64,000 bases of DNA from the NCBI GenBank assembly GCA_001768565.1, contig MEOE01000014.1, positions 82,267 through 146,266 on the forward strand. Reading direction: 5' to 3'. This document shows positions 28,923 through 39,095 of the stretch, piece by piece. A program made the translations under genes and the position numbers. This stretch comes from Bacteroidetes bacterium GWF2_33_16 (GTDB lineage Bacteria > Bacteroidota > Bacteroidia > Bacteroidales > UBA12077). A model generated the notes under the pieces. That model was not told the origin of the DNA. It worked only from the letters and a program-made list of their open reading frames with translations, and did no database searches. Numbering within the stretch: the stretch's first letter is position 1; each line of letters opens with the position of its first letter.

Positions 28923-31199
28923 ATGAATGAACGTAATTCTCAAAGCATTGTATATAAGTACACTATAAGCGGATTTGTTATTGGTCTAGTGACTGTAATG
29001 TTTGTAATATTTATTGATTTTTTAATTAAAAAAATAAGTTTCTCAGAGTTAATTGAAATTCATAAATCGAATCCTGTTTATATTATTCTCGATTTGTCTC
29101 CACTTGTATTGGGATTTTATGCTTATCTAATAAGCAAGAAATATGCAGACACATCTACTACTTTACACAATTCTTTAAAACATGAGTTTGATAAAACACA
29201 AAAGATATACCGCTTTGTTGAAAAAATAAGAAATGGGCAATTTGAATCAGAGTATAAAGTTCAAGGTGCGGATGATGTGTTAGGACAATCAATTCTCGAT
29301 TTGAGAGATAATTTAAAGAAGAATAAAATCGAAGAAGATAACCGACGTAAAGAAGATCAGCAGCGAAATTGGATAGCCGAAGGATTGGCAATGTTTGGCG
29401 ATATTCTTCGAAACAATACCGACAATCTTAATGAATTGTCATATAGCCTTATTTCTCAGCTTGTTAAATATATTAAAGCAAATCAAGGTGCTTTTTTTAT
29501 TATTAACGACGAGTCAATGACAGATAAACATTTTGAGATGACCGCCTGTTATGCATATGAGCGTAGAAAGTTTGCTGATAAAAGAGTGGAATGGGGCGAA
29601 GGTGTGATAGGAGCGGCTATATTAGAGCAGCAAACCATTTATATGACCGATGTTCCCGAAACCTATGTAAATATTACATCTGGTTTGGGTCAAGCAACTC
29701 CCCGATGTTTATTAGTTGTTCCATTAAAGATAAACGACGAATCTCATGGTGTTTTAGAAATAGGATCGTTTCAGCCAATAGAGTCGTATGTAATTGAATT
29801 TGTAGAAAAAGTAGCCGAGAATGTAGCATCTACAATCTCTAATGTTAAAATAAATACACGTACTGCCAAACTTTTAAGAGAATCTCAGCTTCAAGCAGAA
29901 ACCTTAGCGGCTCAGGAAGAGCAAATGCGCCAAAACATGGAAGAGCTGCAAGCTACACAGGAAGAAGCAGCGCGCCAAAGTGAAAAGTTTATTACATTCA
30001 CTAACGCCGTTAATCACACACTTATTCGTGCTGAATATGACGCTTTTGGAAACCTATTATATGCAAATACAAAGTTCCTGAAAAAAATGGGGTATGAAAG
30101 TAATACCGAAGTTGAAGGAAAACATATATCATTGTTTATTAACGAGAAAGACAGAGAGTGGTTCGATCCAATTTGGGAAAGCCTTGCCAAGGGAGGTAAA
30201 CATTTTGAAGGTGATATGAAGCATGTTACTAAACAAGGACGTGATTTATGGACTATGTCCACGTATACTTGCATGAGGAGCGAGGCTGGAACAGTCGAGA
30301 AAATATTATTTCTGGCAATTGATACTACCGAACAGAAAAAGCAAAGTCTCGATTACCAAGGCCAAATTCAAGCACTTAATAAATCTACAATAAAAGTTGA
30401 ATTCCTTCCTACTGGTGATTTATTGGAATGCAATCAAAAATTTATCGACTTAATGGAATTTTCATTATATGAATTAAAGGAAAAAACAATTTTTGACTTT
30501 GTTGATAAATCTGATCTGAATAAATTACGAGACCTCTGGGATGATGTAACTCAGGGTGAAACATGGGAAGGTACTTTGCGCCAAAGAACCAAAGACGATA
30601 AAGATGTATGGCTTAGAGTTTCTTTATCTGCTGTGCGTGATATGTATGATGATATATCGAAGATTATTTGTATCGGAAATGATGAAACAAAAGAACGTTT
30701 AATGGAGATAGAAGCAAGGAGACAAACCGAACTTTTACGAAAACAAGAAGAAGAATTGCGAATCTCAAGGTTGGATTTAAGAGCTCAGTTGAAACAATCA
30801 AAAGATGAAGTGAGACAGCAATTTAAAGAAATAGAAAAAGCTAAATTAAGAAATGAGCGAACTCTTGAAGGTGCACTTGATGCTATAATTACTATTGATA
30901 GCCATGGTATAATTAAATTCTTTAATAATGCAGCTGAAGAATTGTGGGGTATTAAAAAAGATAGTGCCTTAGGACGAAGTATTACAAAACTATTTGCTGA
31001 AAGAGAATATAAAGATGAGTTTATAAATGCGTTTATTGACCCTAATTCTGAGAAAATAATTGGCCAGAGAAAAGAAGTGACAATAAAAGATACTAATGGG
31101 GTAGAAAAATCAGTAATTTTCTTGTTATCTCAGGCTAAAGTCGAAGAAGAAACAACTTATACAGCATTTATTCAAAATATTTCGGTGGATTTATTCTAA
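28923..31199 (+). CDS. Membrane-anchored GAF + three PAS sensor protein without a recognisable output domain
   Basis: Two N-terminal TM helices, a GAF-like region (QGAFFIINDE...HGVLEIGSF), the coiled-coil AQEEQMRQNMEELQATQEEAARQ, and three PAS-like repeats. Ends without HisKA, HATPase, GGDEF or HTH motifs. Confidence 0.75.
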   Translation: MNERNSQSIVYKYTISGFVIGLVTVMFVIFIDFLIKKISFSELIEIHKSNPVYIILDLSPLVLGFYAYLISKKYADTSTTLHNSLKHEFDKTQKIYRFVEKIRNGQFESEYKVQGADDVLGQSILDLRDNLKKNKIEEDNRRKEDQQRNWIAEGLAMFGDILRNNTDNLNELSYSLISQLVKYIKANQGAFFIINDESMTDKHFEMTACYAYERRKFADKRVEWGEGVIGAAILEQQTIYMTDVPETYVNITSGLGQATPRCLLVVPLKINDESHGVLEIGSFQPIESYVIEFVEKVAENVASTISNVKINTRTAKLLRESQLQAETLAAQEEQMRQNMEELQATQEEAARQSEKFITFTNAVNHTLIRAEYDAFGNLLYANTKFLKKMGYESNTEVEGKHISLFINEKDREWFDPIWESLAKGGKHFEGDMKHVTKQGRDLWTMSTYTCMRSEAGTVEKILFLAIDTTEQKKQSLDYQGQIQALNKSTIKVEFLPTGDLLECNQKFIDLMEFSLYELKEKTIFDFVDKSDLNKLRDLWDDVTQGETWEGTLRQRTKDDKDVWLRVSLSAVRDMYDDISKIICIGNDETKERLMEIEARRQTELLRKQEEELRISRLDLRAQLKQSKDEVRQQFKEIEKAKLRNERTLEGALDAIITIDSHGIIKFFNNAAEELWGIKKDSALGRSITKLFAEREYKDEFINAFIDPNSEKIIGQRKEVTIKDTNGVEKSVIFLLSQAKVEEETTYTAFIQNISVDLF

Positions 31200-31266
31200 T
31201 ATAGCCAAAATCTATAGTTGAATTAATCAGAATATTCTTATTGAAATAAACAAAACAAGTAAACCC

Positions 31267-33627
31267 TTGGAAAAAGATTATAAATCTTGTTTATTCTACA
31301 TTTTTTTATATGTTATTTGTATTAAATTTTGTATTGTTCTTTTATTAATTATTGGTTCTACCACTTTAGTAAAATCTCAGTCAAATAAAACAGATAGTTT
31401 ACTCCATTTGCTTCAAAAGGAGGATGGAAATAAAAAGGTTGATATTCTAAACGAGATTTCTATTTCCTATCGTATTAATTCACTAAATAATTCGCTCGAT
31501 TATGCCAAAAAAGCATTAGCTTTTGCTCAAAAGAATGATTATATCTTTGGACAGGCTGAAGCATATAAAAATATTGGTGTTGTCTTTTTTATGCAGAATA
31601 AACCACAGGAAGCCCTTGTGGAATATAATAAATCTTTAGACTTATTTAGAGTAGATAAAAATGCATATAAGATAGCTGCAATGCTTAATAATATTGGAAT
31701 TATTTATGTTGCCCAGGGCGATTATCAACTCGCTTTGAATAATTTTAACGAAGCTGTTATTGTCAATCAAAAAGAAAGAAAACCAGAAGCCGTAGCAAAT
31801 ATTTATAATAATATTGGGATGGTTTATAGTAAATGGGGTATTTATGATAAATCACAAGATTATTATCAAAAATCTTTAGAAATAAATCGAGAACTAAATA
31901 ATAAACTGGGTGTTGCCGCTGCATTAAATAACCTGGCACTTATTCAAAAAACATTTGGAAAATACGATAAGGCAATAGAATACTATCAGGAAGCCATAAA
32001 AGTTAATGAAGAAATTGAAGATAAATCTGGAATCGCACGATGTTTTGGTAATATGGCAAATGTTTATATCAGCTTAGGTGATACATTAAAAGCGATTGAG
32101 CTAAATACCCAATCTTTAGAACTAAAAATGGAGCTTAATGACGAACAAGGAATTGTTCTTTCCTATTTATCTATTGGTGAGTTGCAGAGACAAATGGGGG
32201 AAAATGACAAAGCCATTCATTCTTATAAAAAGTCATTAGAGATATCGAAAATTACTAATGATAAAGAAAATATGATGGACTCATATTCGGCACTTGGAAA
32301 TACTTTCCTTCAAATGAATAAAACAAATGATGCTTTTGAATATTTTACATTGGCACTCGAAATCGCAAATGAACTTAACAGTAAAAATAGTATCGCTTTT
32401 ATTCGAAATAAAATTGGAAAATGTTTAGCCAAAACCCATCAATATAATAGTGCCAGGCAGAACTTATTGTATAGTTTAAACCTTGCCAATGAGTTAGACA
32501 TTAAACCATTAATTGAAAGAAATTACCTTGATTTGACAGAGGTTTCAAAACAAATGAAGAATTTTGAGGAAGCTTATGAGTATCAAAACGAATATATTAA
32601 AATACATCAGACTATTTTTAATGAGGCGTCACAAGCCAAAATAGCCCAACTGGAAGCAAACTACGAAAACGAGAAAAAGGAAAAGGAAATCGTTGAACTA
32701 AAAATAAAACAAGAGAAAATTAATCAACGGAATCAATTAATTATTATTCTGGCTGTTGTTCTTATTTTTTTTATAAGTTTTATCTTTTTGCTAAACAAAA
32801 ATTTAACTAAAAGAAGATCAATTAAGCTTCTTGATCAAAAAAATACCCTGCTAAAAAAAACAAATATAGAATTAGTAGCTGCAAAGGAAAAAGCTGAAGA
32901 ATCAGATAAACTTAAAACGGCTTTTCTTACTTCAATTTCTCATGAAATAAGAACTCCTATGAATGCTATTATTGGATTTTCTGAATTTCTGGCAGATAAT
33001 AGTATAAGCGAAATCGAAAGAATTGAATTCTTCCAGATAGTTAAACTTAATAGCGAAATGCTCTTAGGATTAATTGATGATATTCTTGATGTTTCACTTA
33101 TAGAAACAGGTCAATTGCGAATTAGAACTGAGAAAGTTTCATTAAATAAAATTATGGATGAAACGTACCAATTATTTAAAGAGAATGAAAAGCTGAAACT
33201 ATCACATATAGATTTTACCTACTTTGTTCATGATATCCAAAAGGATATTTTCATTTTATCTGATTCCTTTAGATTAAAACAAATCCTTTCTAATCTTATC
33301 GATAATGCAATAAAATTTACCGATTCAGGTCAGGTGTCTTTTACTTATAAAATCATTGAAATAGACAATCGAAATTTCATTAAGTTTCAGGTTGATGATT
33401 CAGGTATAGGAATTGATAATAAATATCAGAATAGAATCTTTGAACGATTTTTTAGAATCACCACCGATAATAATCACTTATACAAGGGTTCAGGAGTAGG
33501 TCTGTCTATCGTTAAAAGTCTTGTTGACATAATGGGCGGAGAGATCTGGTATTCATCTGCCCCAAACAGTGGATCAACTTTCTTCTTTACAGTCCCTTTT
33601 ATCGAAAGTAAAAATGAATTTTCTTAA
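31267..33627 (+). CDS. TPR-repeat sensor histidine kinase (periplasmic TPR array, one TM, HisKA + HATPase)
   Basis: ~10 TPR-like repeats (A..YNNIG..Y...G.YD.A..YY), a TM at LIIILAVVLIFFISFIFLL, H box SISHEIRTPMNAI, N box NLIDNAIKFT, G1 DDSGIGI, G2 GSGVGLS. TTG start; there is no in-frame ATG nearby. Confidence 0.85.
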   Translation: MEKDYKSCLFYIFLYVICIKFCIVLLLIIGSTTLVKSQSNKTDSLLHLLQKEDGNKKVDILNEISISYRINSLNNSLDYAKKALAFAQKNDYIFGQAEAYKNIGVVFFMQNKPQEALVEYNKSLDLFRVDKNAYKIAAMLNNIGIIYVAQGDYQLALNNFNEAVIVNQKERKPEAVANIYNNIGMVYSKWGIYDKSQDYYQKSLEINRELNNKLGVAAALNNLALIQKTFGKYDKAIEYYQEAIKVNEEIEDKSGIARCFGNMANVYISLGDTLKAIELNTQSLELKMELNDEQGIVLSYLSIGELQRQMGENDKAIHSYKKSLEISKITNDKENMMDSYSALGNTFLQMNKTNDAFEYFTLALEIANELNSKNSIAFIRNKIGKCLAKTHQYNSARQNLLYSLNLANELDIKPLIERNYLDLTEVSKQMKNFEEAYEYQNEYIKIHQTIFNEASQAKIAQLEANYENEKKEKEIVELKIKQEKINQRNQLIIILAVVLIFFISFIFLLNKNLTKRRSIKLLDQKNTLLKKTNIELVAAKEKAEESDKLKTAFLTSISHEIRTPMNAIIGFSEFLADNSISEIERIEFFQIVKLNSEMLLGLIDDILDVSLIETGQLRIRTEKVSLNKIMDETYQLFKENEKLKLSHIDFTYFVHDIQKDIFILSDSFRLKQILSNLIDNAIKFTDSGQVSFTYKIIEIDNRNFIKFQVDDSGIGIDNKYQNRIFERFFRITTDNNHLYKGSGVGLSIVKSLVDIMGGEIWYSSAPNSGSTFFFTVPFIESKNEFS

Positions 33628-33699
33628 TGTTTTTTTTATTTTTGGTAAACTTTACTCCTTAATATTGGTTTGTAAAGCTAAAATTCAAATATACACGAT

Positions 33700-35472
33700 A
33701 TGAGAAAAAGCTATTTTTTATTTTATTTTTTTATTGCTCTTCTATTATGGAATTGTTCGAATTCTAATAAGCCTCCTGAATATGAAATTAAAATTATTGA
33801 AACCAGCGATGTTCATGGCGCAATATTTAATTATGATTTTATTCAAAATACAAAATCAAATACTTCTTTATCGCAGGTTCAAACTTATTTAAAAAAAGAA
33901 AGACAGAATCTAGATATTATTCTGCTTGATAATGGAGATATTTTACAAGGCCAACCCACAGTTTATTATTATAATTTTCAAAATACGATTGATTCTCACA
34001 TTGTTTCTAAAGTTGGCAATTACCTGCAATATGATGCTGCAACTGTAGGGAATCATGATATCGAAGCAGGACACGATGTTTATGATAAAATAGTTAAGGA
34101 GTTTAATTATCCTCTACTAGCTGCAAATGCAGTGCGAACAGATAATGGAAAGCCTTACTTCAAACCCTATGTAATAATAAACAGAAAAGGATTTAGAATA
34201 GCGGTATTAGGGTTAATAACTCCCCGAATTCCCGATTGGTTACCGGAGGAGTTATGGTCAGGCATTGAATTCGAAGATATGATAGAATCAGCAAAAAAAT
34301 GGGTGCCAATTATATTAGAAAGAGAAAAACCAGATTTATTAGTTGGTCTCTTTCATTCCGGATTCGATTTTAAATATGCAAATTCAGATGAGAATACTTA
34401 TAAAAATGAAAATGCTTCAATTCTGGTCGCAAAAAATGTACCTGGTTTCGATATTATATTTATTGGGCACGATCATGCAACATGGAATGAAAGTATAATA
34501 AATACAGAAGGCAATAAAGTAATTATTTTAGGCCCAAAGAATAATGCAAAACAGGTAGCGGAGGCTAAAATTATTTTTAAAAAAAATAGTAATGGCTTAT
34601 ACGATAAGATTATAGAGGCACAGATTGTTGATATAAAAAATTTCCCTGTCGATAGTTTGTTTGATGTTAAGTTTCAGAAAGAATTCAACGAAGTAAGTGA
34701 TTATGTATCAAAACAAATTGGAGAACTTAGTCACACATTAAACTCTCATGATGCCATATATGGTCCATCTCAATTTATGGAGTTTATTCATAGTATTCAG
34801 CTTGATTTAACTCATGCAGACATTTCTTTTGCGGCAAATCAATCTTTTAATTCAACTATTGAAAAAGGCCCAATATATATACGTGATATGTTTAAACTAT
34901 TCCGATACGAGAATTTCCTTTATACAATGAATTTAACTGGTACCGAAATTAAAAATTATCTCGAATATTCGTATGCTAACTGGTTTAATACAATGAACGA
35001 TGAATCAGATCATCTGTTATTATTTAAATTAGATGAGAGTGGAAATCCTGAATTTAATGAGACAAATAAATCATATTCATTAAAAAATATGTTTTATAAT
35101 TTTGATGTTGCTGGCGGTTTAAATTATCATATTGATATTTCTAAACCAATAAATCAAAAAATTAATATAATTTCACTTACCAATGGGGAACCGTTTTATT
35201 CAGACAGTATTTATACGGTTGCAATAAATAGTTATCGGGGAAATGGTGGTGGAGGTTTACTTGAATTAGGTGCAGGAATACCAAAAAACGATATCGCAAA
35301 ACGAAGAATTAGTTCCACAGATAAAGATTTACGCTATTATTCAATAAATTGGATCGAAGAAAAGAAAATAGTAAATACAGATTTTAAATCGACCTGGTAT
35401 ATTGTACCTGAAAAATGGTGGAAAAAAGCATCACAAAAAGATAAAGAACTGTTAAATATAAAAAATAACTGA
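33700..35472 (+). CDS. Bifunctional metallophosphatase/5'-nucleotidase (UshA/CpdB-like) lipoprotein
   Basis: Calcineurin-like motifs TSDVHG, GDILQG, GNHD and GHDH, plus a C-terminal 5'-nucleotidase-like domain. Lipobox LWNCS. Confidence 0.85.
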   Translation: MRKSYFLFYFFIALLLWNCSNSNKPPEYEIKIIETSDVHGAIFNYDFIQNTKSNTSLSQVQTYLKKERQNLDIILLDNGDILQGQPTVYYYNFQNTIDSHIVSKVGNYLQYDAATVGNHDIEAGHDVYDKIVKEFNYPLLAANAVRTDNGKPYFKPYVIINRKGFRIAVLGLITPRIPDWLPEELWSGIEFEDMIESAKKWVPIILEREKPDLLVGLFHSGFDFKYANSDENTYKNENASILVAKNVPGFDIIFIGHDHATWNESIINTEGNKVIILGPKNNAKQVAEAKIIFKKNSNGLYDKIIEAQIVDIKNFPVDSLFDVKFQKEFNEVSDYVSKQIGELSHTLNSHDAIYGPSQFMEFIHSIQLDLTHADISFAANQSFNSTIEKGPIYIRDMFKLFRYENFLYTMNLTGTEIKNYLEYSYANWFNTMNDESDHLLLFKLDESGNPEFNETNKSYSLKNMFYNFDVAGGLNYHIDISKPINQKINIISLTNGEPFYSDSIYTVAINSYRGNGGGGLLELGAGIPKNDIAKRRISSTDKDLRYYSINWIEEKKIVNTDFKSTWYIVPEKWWKKASQKDKELLNIKNN

Positions 35473-35479
35473 AAAACAC

Positions 35480-36565
35480 ATGATAAGATTTCTAGCAATT
35501 ATTGTACTGCTTTTTGCAGTAAACTCTTGCAAATTAATTAAAAAGAAAGATGAGCAAAAATTACCAAAAGCCAAAAATATTATATTACTCGTTGGTGATG
35601 GGATGGGTGTAAGTCAGATTTATGCAGCCATGTCAACTGCTAGCAAACCATTAAATATTGAGCAATTTAAATATATTGGATTTCATAAAACATACTCTGC
35701 AACACATTATATTACCGACTCAGGTGCTGGAGGAACAGCATTATCTACAGGTATAAAAACCTGTAATAATTGTATTGCAACTGATACATCAGGGAATTCA
35801 ATAAAAACGATCTTAGAATATGCCAAAGAAAATGAACTTGCTACAGGTTTAGTTTCTACTAGTTCAATTTTACATGCAACTCCTGCTTCTTTTATCGCTC
35901 ATGTTCTAAGTCGCAATTCATATGAAGAAATTGCCCTATATTTCTTAAGAACAGATATCGATTTATTTATTGGAGGTGGTAAAAAGCAATTTATTCAACG
36001 AAAAGATAGTTTGAATCTTATCGATTCTTTAATAGCTCGTAATTATTTGGTTGCAGATAGCATACATCAAATTCCTGAAAATTATAAAGGTAAATTAGCT
36101 ATTCTGAGTGCAAGGGAACATAATCCTTCATATTTAAAAGGTAGAGGCGATTTGCTCCCAGAAGCTACAGAAAAAGCAATCCAAATTCTAAGTAAAAACG
36201 AAAATGGTTTTTTTCTTATGATAGAGGGCTCTCAGATTGATTGGGGTGGCCATGATAAAGATATTGATTATGTTGTTTCTGAAACAATCGATTTTGATAA
36301 AGCAATTGGAAAAGCACTTGAATTTGCAAAGAAAGATGGCGAAACCCTTGTAATCGTTACTGCTGATCATGAGACGGGTGGTTTAACTTTAACAGACGGT
36401 GATTTAAAAGGGAAAACAATTGTTGCTAACTTTTCAACCGATCATCATACTGGAGTTATGGTGCCTGTTTTTGCATTTGGTCCTGATGCTGAAGATTTTA
36501 TTGGCATATATGAAAATACCAAAGTGTTTGAAAAAATGATGACGGCTTTTCAATTTAAAAAATAG
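35480..36565 (+). CDS. Alkaline phosphatase (PhoA family)
   Basis: VGDGMG, active-site TDSGAGGTALSTG, GSQIDWGGH and TADHETGG motifs, with a signal peptide. Confidence 0.9.
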   Translation: MIRFLAIIVLLFAVNSCKLIKKKDEQKLPKAKNIILLVGDGMGVSQIYAAMSTASKPLNIEQFKYIGFHKTYSATHYITDSGAGGTALSTGIKTCNNCIATDTSGNSIKTILEYAKENELATGLVSTSSILHATPASFIAHVLSRNSYEEIALYFLRTDIDLFIGGGKKQFIQRKDSLNLIDSLIARNYLVADSIHQIPENYKGKLAILSAREHNPSYLKGRGDLLPEATEKAIQILSKNENGFFLMIEGSQIDWGGHDKDIDYVVSETIDFDKAIGKALEFAKKDGETLVIVTADHETGGLTLTDGDLKGKTIVANFSTDHHTGVMVPVFAFGPDAEDFIGIYENTKVFEKMMTAFQFKK

Positions 36566-36605
36566 AGTAAAAAAATGATAGGGACTATCCTTGACCTGTA
36601 TAAAT

Positions 36606-36637
36606 AAAAATATCTGGGGTTAGCCCCAGATATTTTT
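36606..36637. terminator. Bidirectional terminator hairpin between convergent genes
   Basis: Perfect 14-bp stem aaaaatatctgggg / ccccagatattttt with 4-nt loop and A/T runs on both sides. Confidence 0.8.
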
Positions 36638-36672
36638 ATTTACACGCATTATGAGTTTTATTAATCCAAATC

Positions 36673-37755
36673 TTAGTACAATTTAATATTACCATATTTA
36701 GTAATAATATTTACTTTCGATTGCGTATTTTGATCACTTCCTATAATGCCTTCAATGCTAAGCTCATTAGAATCTTTAATTTTGCTAACTCTGCCTGTAC
36801 CTGGATAATCAATATCTCCATATTTTGCATTTCCTACAATTTGATATGATGCGCTTTCTTCAATGCCCAACTTTGCGCTTCCATATTCATTGTTGATTTT
36901 AATCTCTTCGAAATCTTTTGGAATAAAACCTACAGAAAATCCTCCATAACGGTTTTCAACTTCAATTTTCTTAGTAATCTCATCAAATTTAAAATCTGTA
37001 TAAGCAGCTGTAGTTACAAAATTAGCTAGGCTTCCGATTTTATAAACATCATATTTCGATTCGCAAACAATAGAACTCGATTTGGTAACATAAAGTTTTG
37101 AATATTTTGTAATAGCAATTAATGCTTTGCTTTTTTCAACCTCGAGCTTTGAGTATTTCATGTTTATCTTAAGCCATCCGCATTCTTCTATTCTACCATC
37201 GGAATAGCCAAGACTTATTTCTGTTAATGGTTTTGTATTGTCTCTTATAATCTTGTTTATTTTTAAGTTGCCATATTTTACTGCAATTAAAGAATGACCG
37301 GTTATTTCATTAATAAAAACACTGCCATATTTATTTTCAAGTTCAAGTTGAAGATTTTTTGGCATTTTAACTTCATAATTAATGCTAAACTCTTTGTCAT
37401 TATCACTCCAGGAAATACTGGTTCTGCTAAATTTATCATCTATTGTAGTAATAGCCTTAATAGTATTACCTTCTTGACTAAATTCTACATTTAGATAGTT
37501 GAGCAGTTCTTTTGCCTTTTCTTCATTTTTATGATCAACTTTTATAGTTACATCAATAGATACTTCATTTTTATCCCAATTATTGATATTTACATTTCCA
37601 AATTTATTTTGGATAACGAGAAGAGTGTTTTGATCTGCCGGATATTCTTTATGCAGATTCTTTGAATATTCTTGTGTGCCTGCCAAAGCAGTAAATATTA
37701 CAATTAGCTGAATGCTAAGTAATAAAAGGATTGATTTAGATTTCAGTGCTTTCAT
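36673..37755 (-). CDS. DUF4097-like beta-strand-repeat protein (putative adhesin), third gene of the ECF sigma operon
   Basis: Signal peptide and repeated (K/R/E)(Y/F)G(N/S/G/D)(I/V/F/A).(I/V/L) units (KFGNVNI, KYGSVFI, KYGNLKI, RYGGFSV, EYGSAKL, KYGDIDY, KYGNIKL). Confidence 0.7.
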   Translation of the reverse strand: MKALKSKSILLLLSIQLIVIFTALAGTQEYSKNLHKEYPADQNTLLVIQNKFGNVNINNWDKNEVSIDVTIKVDHKNEEKAKELLNYLNVEFSQEGNTIKAITTIDDKFSRTSISWSDNDKEFSINYEVKMPKNLQLELENKYGSVFINEITGHSLIAVKYGNLKINKIIRDNTKPLTEISLGYSDGRIEECGWLKINMKYSKLEVEKSKALIAITKYSKLYVTKSSSIVCESKYDVYKIGSLANFVTTAAYTDFKFDEITKKIEVENRYGGFSVGFIPKDFEEIKINNEYGSAKLGIEESASYQIVGNAKYGDIDYPGTGRVSKIKDSNELSIEGIIGSDQNTQSKVNIITKYGNIKLY

Positions 37756-38299
37756 AGTTGTCAGATTTTTGTTGATTAAGTGCTTTAACTTGATGTAATT
37801 GATTTAATATTTGATTCATAATATCTACTTTCATTTGATAATGCTGTATCATCGCATTTATTACTCGCTCATCCGAAGGGTTTTTCTTTAAGTCGCGTTT
37901 TAAATTTTCATAAACGGCATCCATTTGTTTTAATTCGTTGAGAAGTATTGTTTTTTGAGTACTATCTACAAACTCTAAAGAACTTATTTCATTAAGTTTT
38001 TGGCTTGCAAGTGTTGCATAATAAATTTCCACCTCATTATATTCGGGTGATAGCTGATGCAATGCTAAACCGGTTCTTGTTTCTATAGTAGGATTTATCC
38101 TGTCGTATACCCATAATCCTGAAATCACAACTAAAATAGCTATTGCTGCAGCCTTTAGTAAAAGACCAAATGAAAAGCTATGTTGCTTTTTGTTAAAACG
38201 AGCCAATTTTTGTTCAAACCTTTCTAGATGTCCATCATCTGGTTCGAAAGAATCAAAAATGGGTCTGTTTTCCTGAATTATTTTTTCTATATCTTTCAT
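37736..38299 (-). CDS. Single-pass membrane protein, probable anti-sigma factor
   Basis: Position directly after the ECF sigma gene (1-nt gap), a cytoplasmic N-terminus, one TM (LLKAAAIAILVVISGLWVY) and an extracytoplasmic helical domain. No zinc-finger anti-sigma motif. Confidence 0.55.
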   Translation of the reverse strand: MKDIEKIIQENRPIFDSFEPDDGHLERFEQKLARFNKKQHSFSFGLLLKAAAIAILVVISGLWVYDRINPTIETRTGLALHQLSPEYNEVEIYYATLASQKLNEISSLEFVDSTQKTILLNELKQMDAVYENLKRDLKKNPSDERVINAMIQHYQMKVDIMNQILNQLHQVKALNQQKSDNYESTEI

Positions 38300-38300
38300 A

Positions 38301-38882
38301 TTAATATATTTTTTCTCTTTTCTTATTTCTTAATAATTCTATTAGCTTTTGTTTAGCTCTTGCACATTGCGATCGTGATGTTGAACTACTTATTTTTAAA
38401 ATCTCTCCGATCTCATCATGATCGTACCCCTCAATTAAATAAAGCGAAAGAACAATTCGGTAACCATCAGGCAAGTAATTAATCTGATCTCTTATTTCTT
38501 CTGCTCTTACCTGTATTTCTTCTTCATCTTCCTTTGAGTTGTTGTTTTCAGTCGCAGGATTTATTCCAGATTCTTCAATCGATTGTAAATCAAGTTTCTT
38601 TTTTCTTAATTCATCGAGCGAATGATTAACAACAATCCTTTTTAACCAGGCTCCAAAACTTACTTCACCTTTGTAAGTAATAATTTTTTCAAATGCTTTT
38701 AAGAACGACTCCTGCATTATGTCTTCCGCCTCTAACCTATCATTAACAATTCGTAAGCAGGTATTAAACATTGCTTTGTAGTACAATTTATATAATTGAA
38801 ATTGTGCCTTTGGCTCTCCCGATTTACACCGGTCAATTATATCCTGATGGATATTTAAATAAATACTTTCCTGTCTATTCAT
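38301..38882 (-). CDS. ECF-type RNA polymerase sigma-70 family factor
   Basis: Region 2 (EDIMQESFLKAF...WLKRIVVN) and region 4 HTH (YDHDEIGEILKISSSTSRSQCARAKQKL). Confidence 0.9.
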   Translation of the reverse strand: MNRQESIYLNIHQDIIDRCKSGEPKAQFQLYKLYYKAMFNTCLRIVNDRLEAEDIMQESFLKAFEKIITYKGEVSFGAWLKRIVVNHSLDELRKKKLDLQSIEESGINPATENNNSKEDEEEIQVRAEEIRDQINYLPDGYRIVLSLYLIEGYDHDEIGEILKISSSTSRSQCARAKQKLIELLRNKKREKIY

Positions 38883-38892
38883 TTTCTAACTT

Positions 38893-38921
38893 AATGACGT
38901 AAAAAATAAATTATTGCTGCA
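38893..38921 (-). promoter_or_regulatory. Bipartite motif copy 1 (minus strand TGCAGCA-N15-CGTCATT), candidate ECF-type promoter just upstream of the sigma gene
   Basis: Plus strand reads aatgacg-N15-tgctgca. The CGTC-containing element lies 11-17 nt upstream of the sigma gene ATG. Confidence 0.35.
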
Positions 38922-38980
38922 TTAATTGTACAATTTATGAAAATTTATTTTTAAGAACATCATTATCGTAATTCTATATA

Positions 38981-39009
38981 AATGACGCTAATAAATTCTC
39001 GATGCTGCA
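38981..39009 (-). promoter_or_regulatory. Bipartite motif copy 2 (same TGCAGCA-N15-CGTCATT, same orientation, 88 bp further upstream)
   Basis: Both 7-mers and the 15-nt spacing repeat exactly; the spacer shares AATTTATT. Confidence 0.3.
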
Positions 39010-39059
39010 CATAGTTAAATATCTTATTATTATTTTGACTTGTTATAATTCATTTTGAT

Positions 39060-39067
39060 TAATTTTG
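39060..39067 (+). promoter_or_regulatory. Bacteroidetes-type -7 promoter element (TAnnTTTG) upstream of the TonB receptor gene
   Basis: taattttg 29 nt upstream of ATG 39096. The motif is short and expected by chance in AT-rich DNA. Confidence 0.25.
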
Positions 39068-39095
39068 AGGCCTTAAAAATGCAATTCAAATCAAT

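Noticed and set aside
38883-39095. Cobalamin or other riboswitch upstream of the TonB-dependent receptor.
   Set aside because: The leader is extremely AT-rich, has no B12-box-like GCCACTG element and no obvious multi-helix junction. Only the duplicated bipartite motif stands out.
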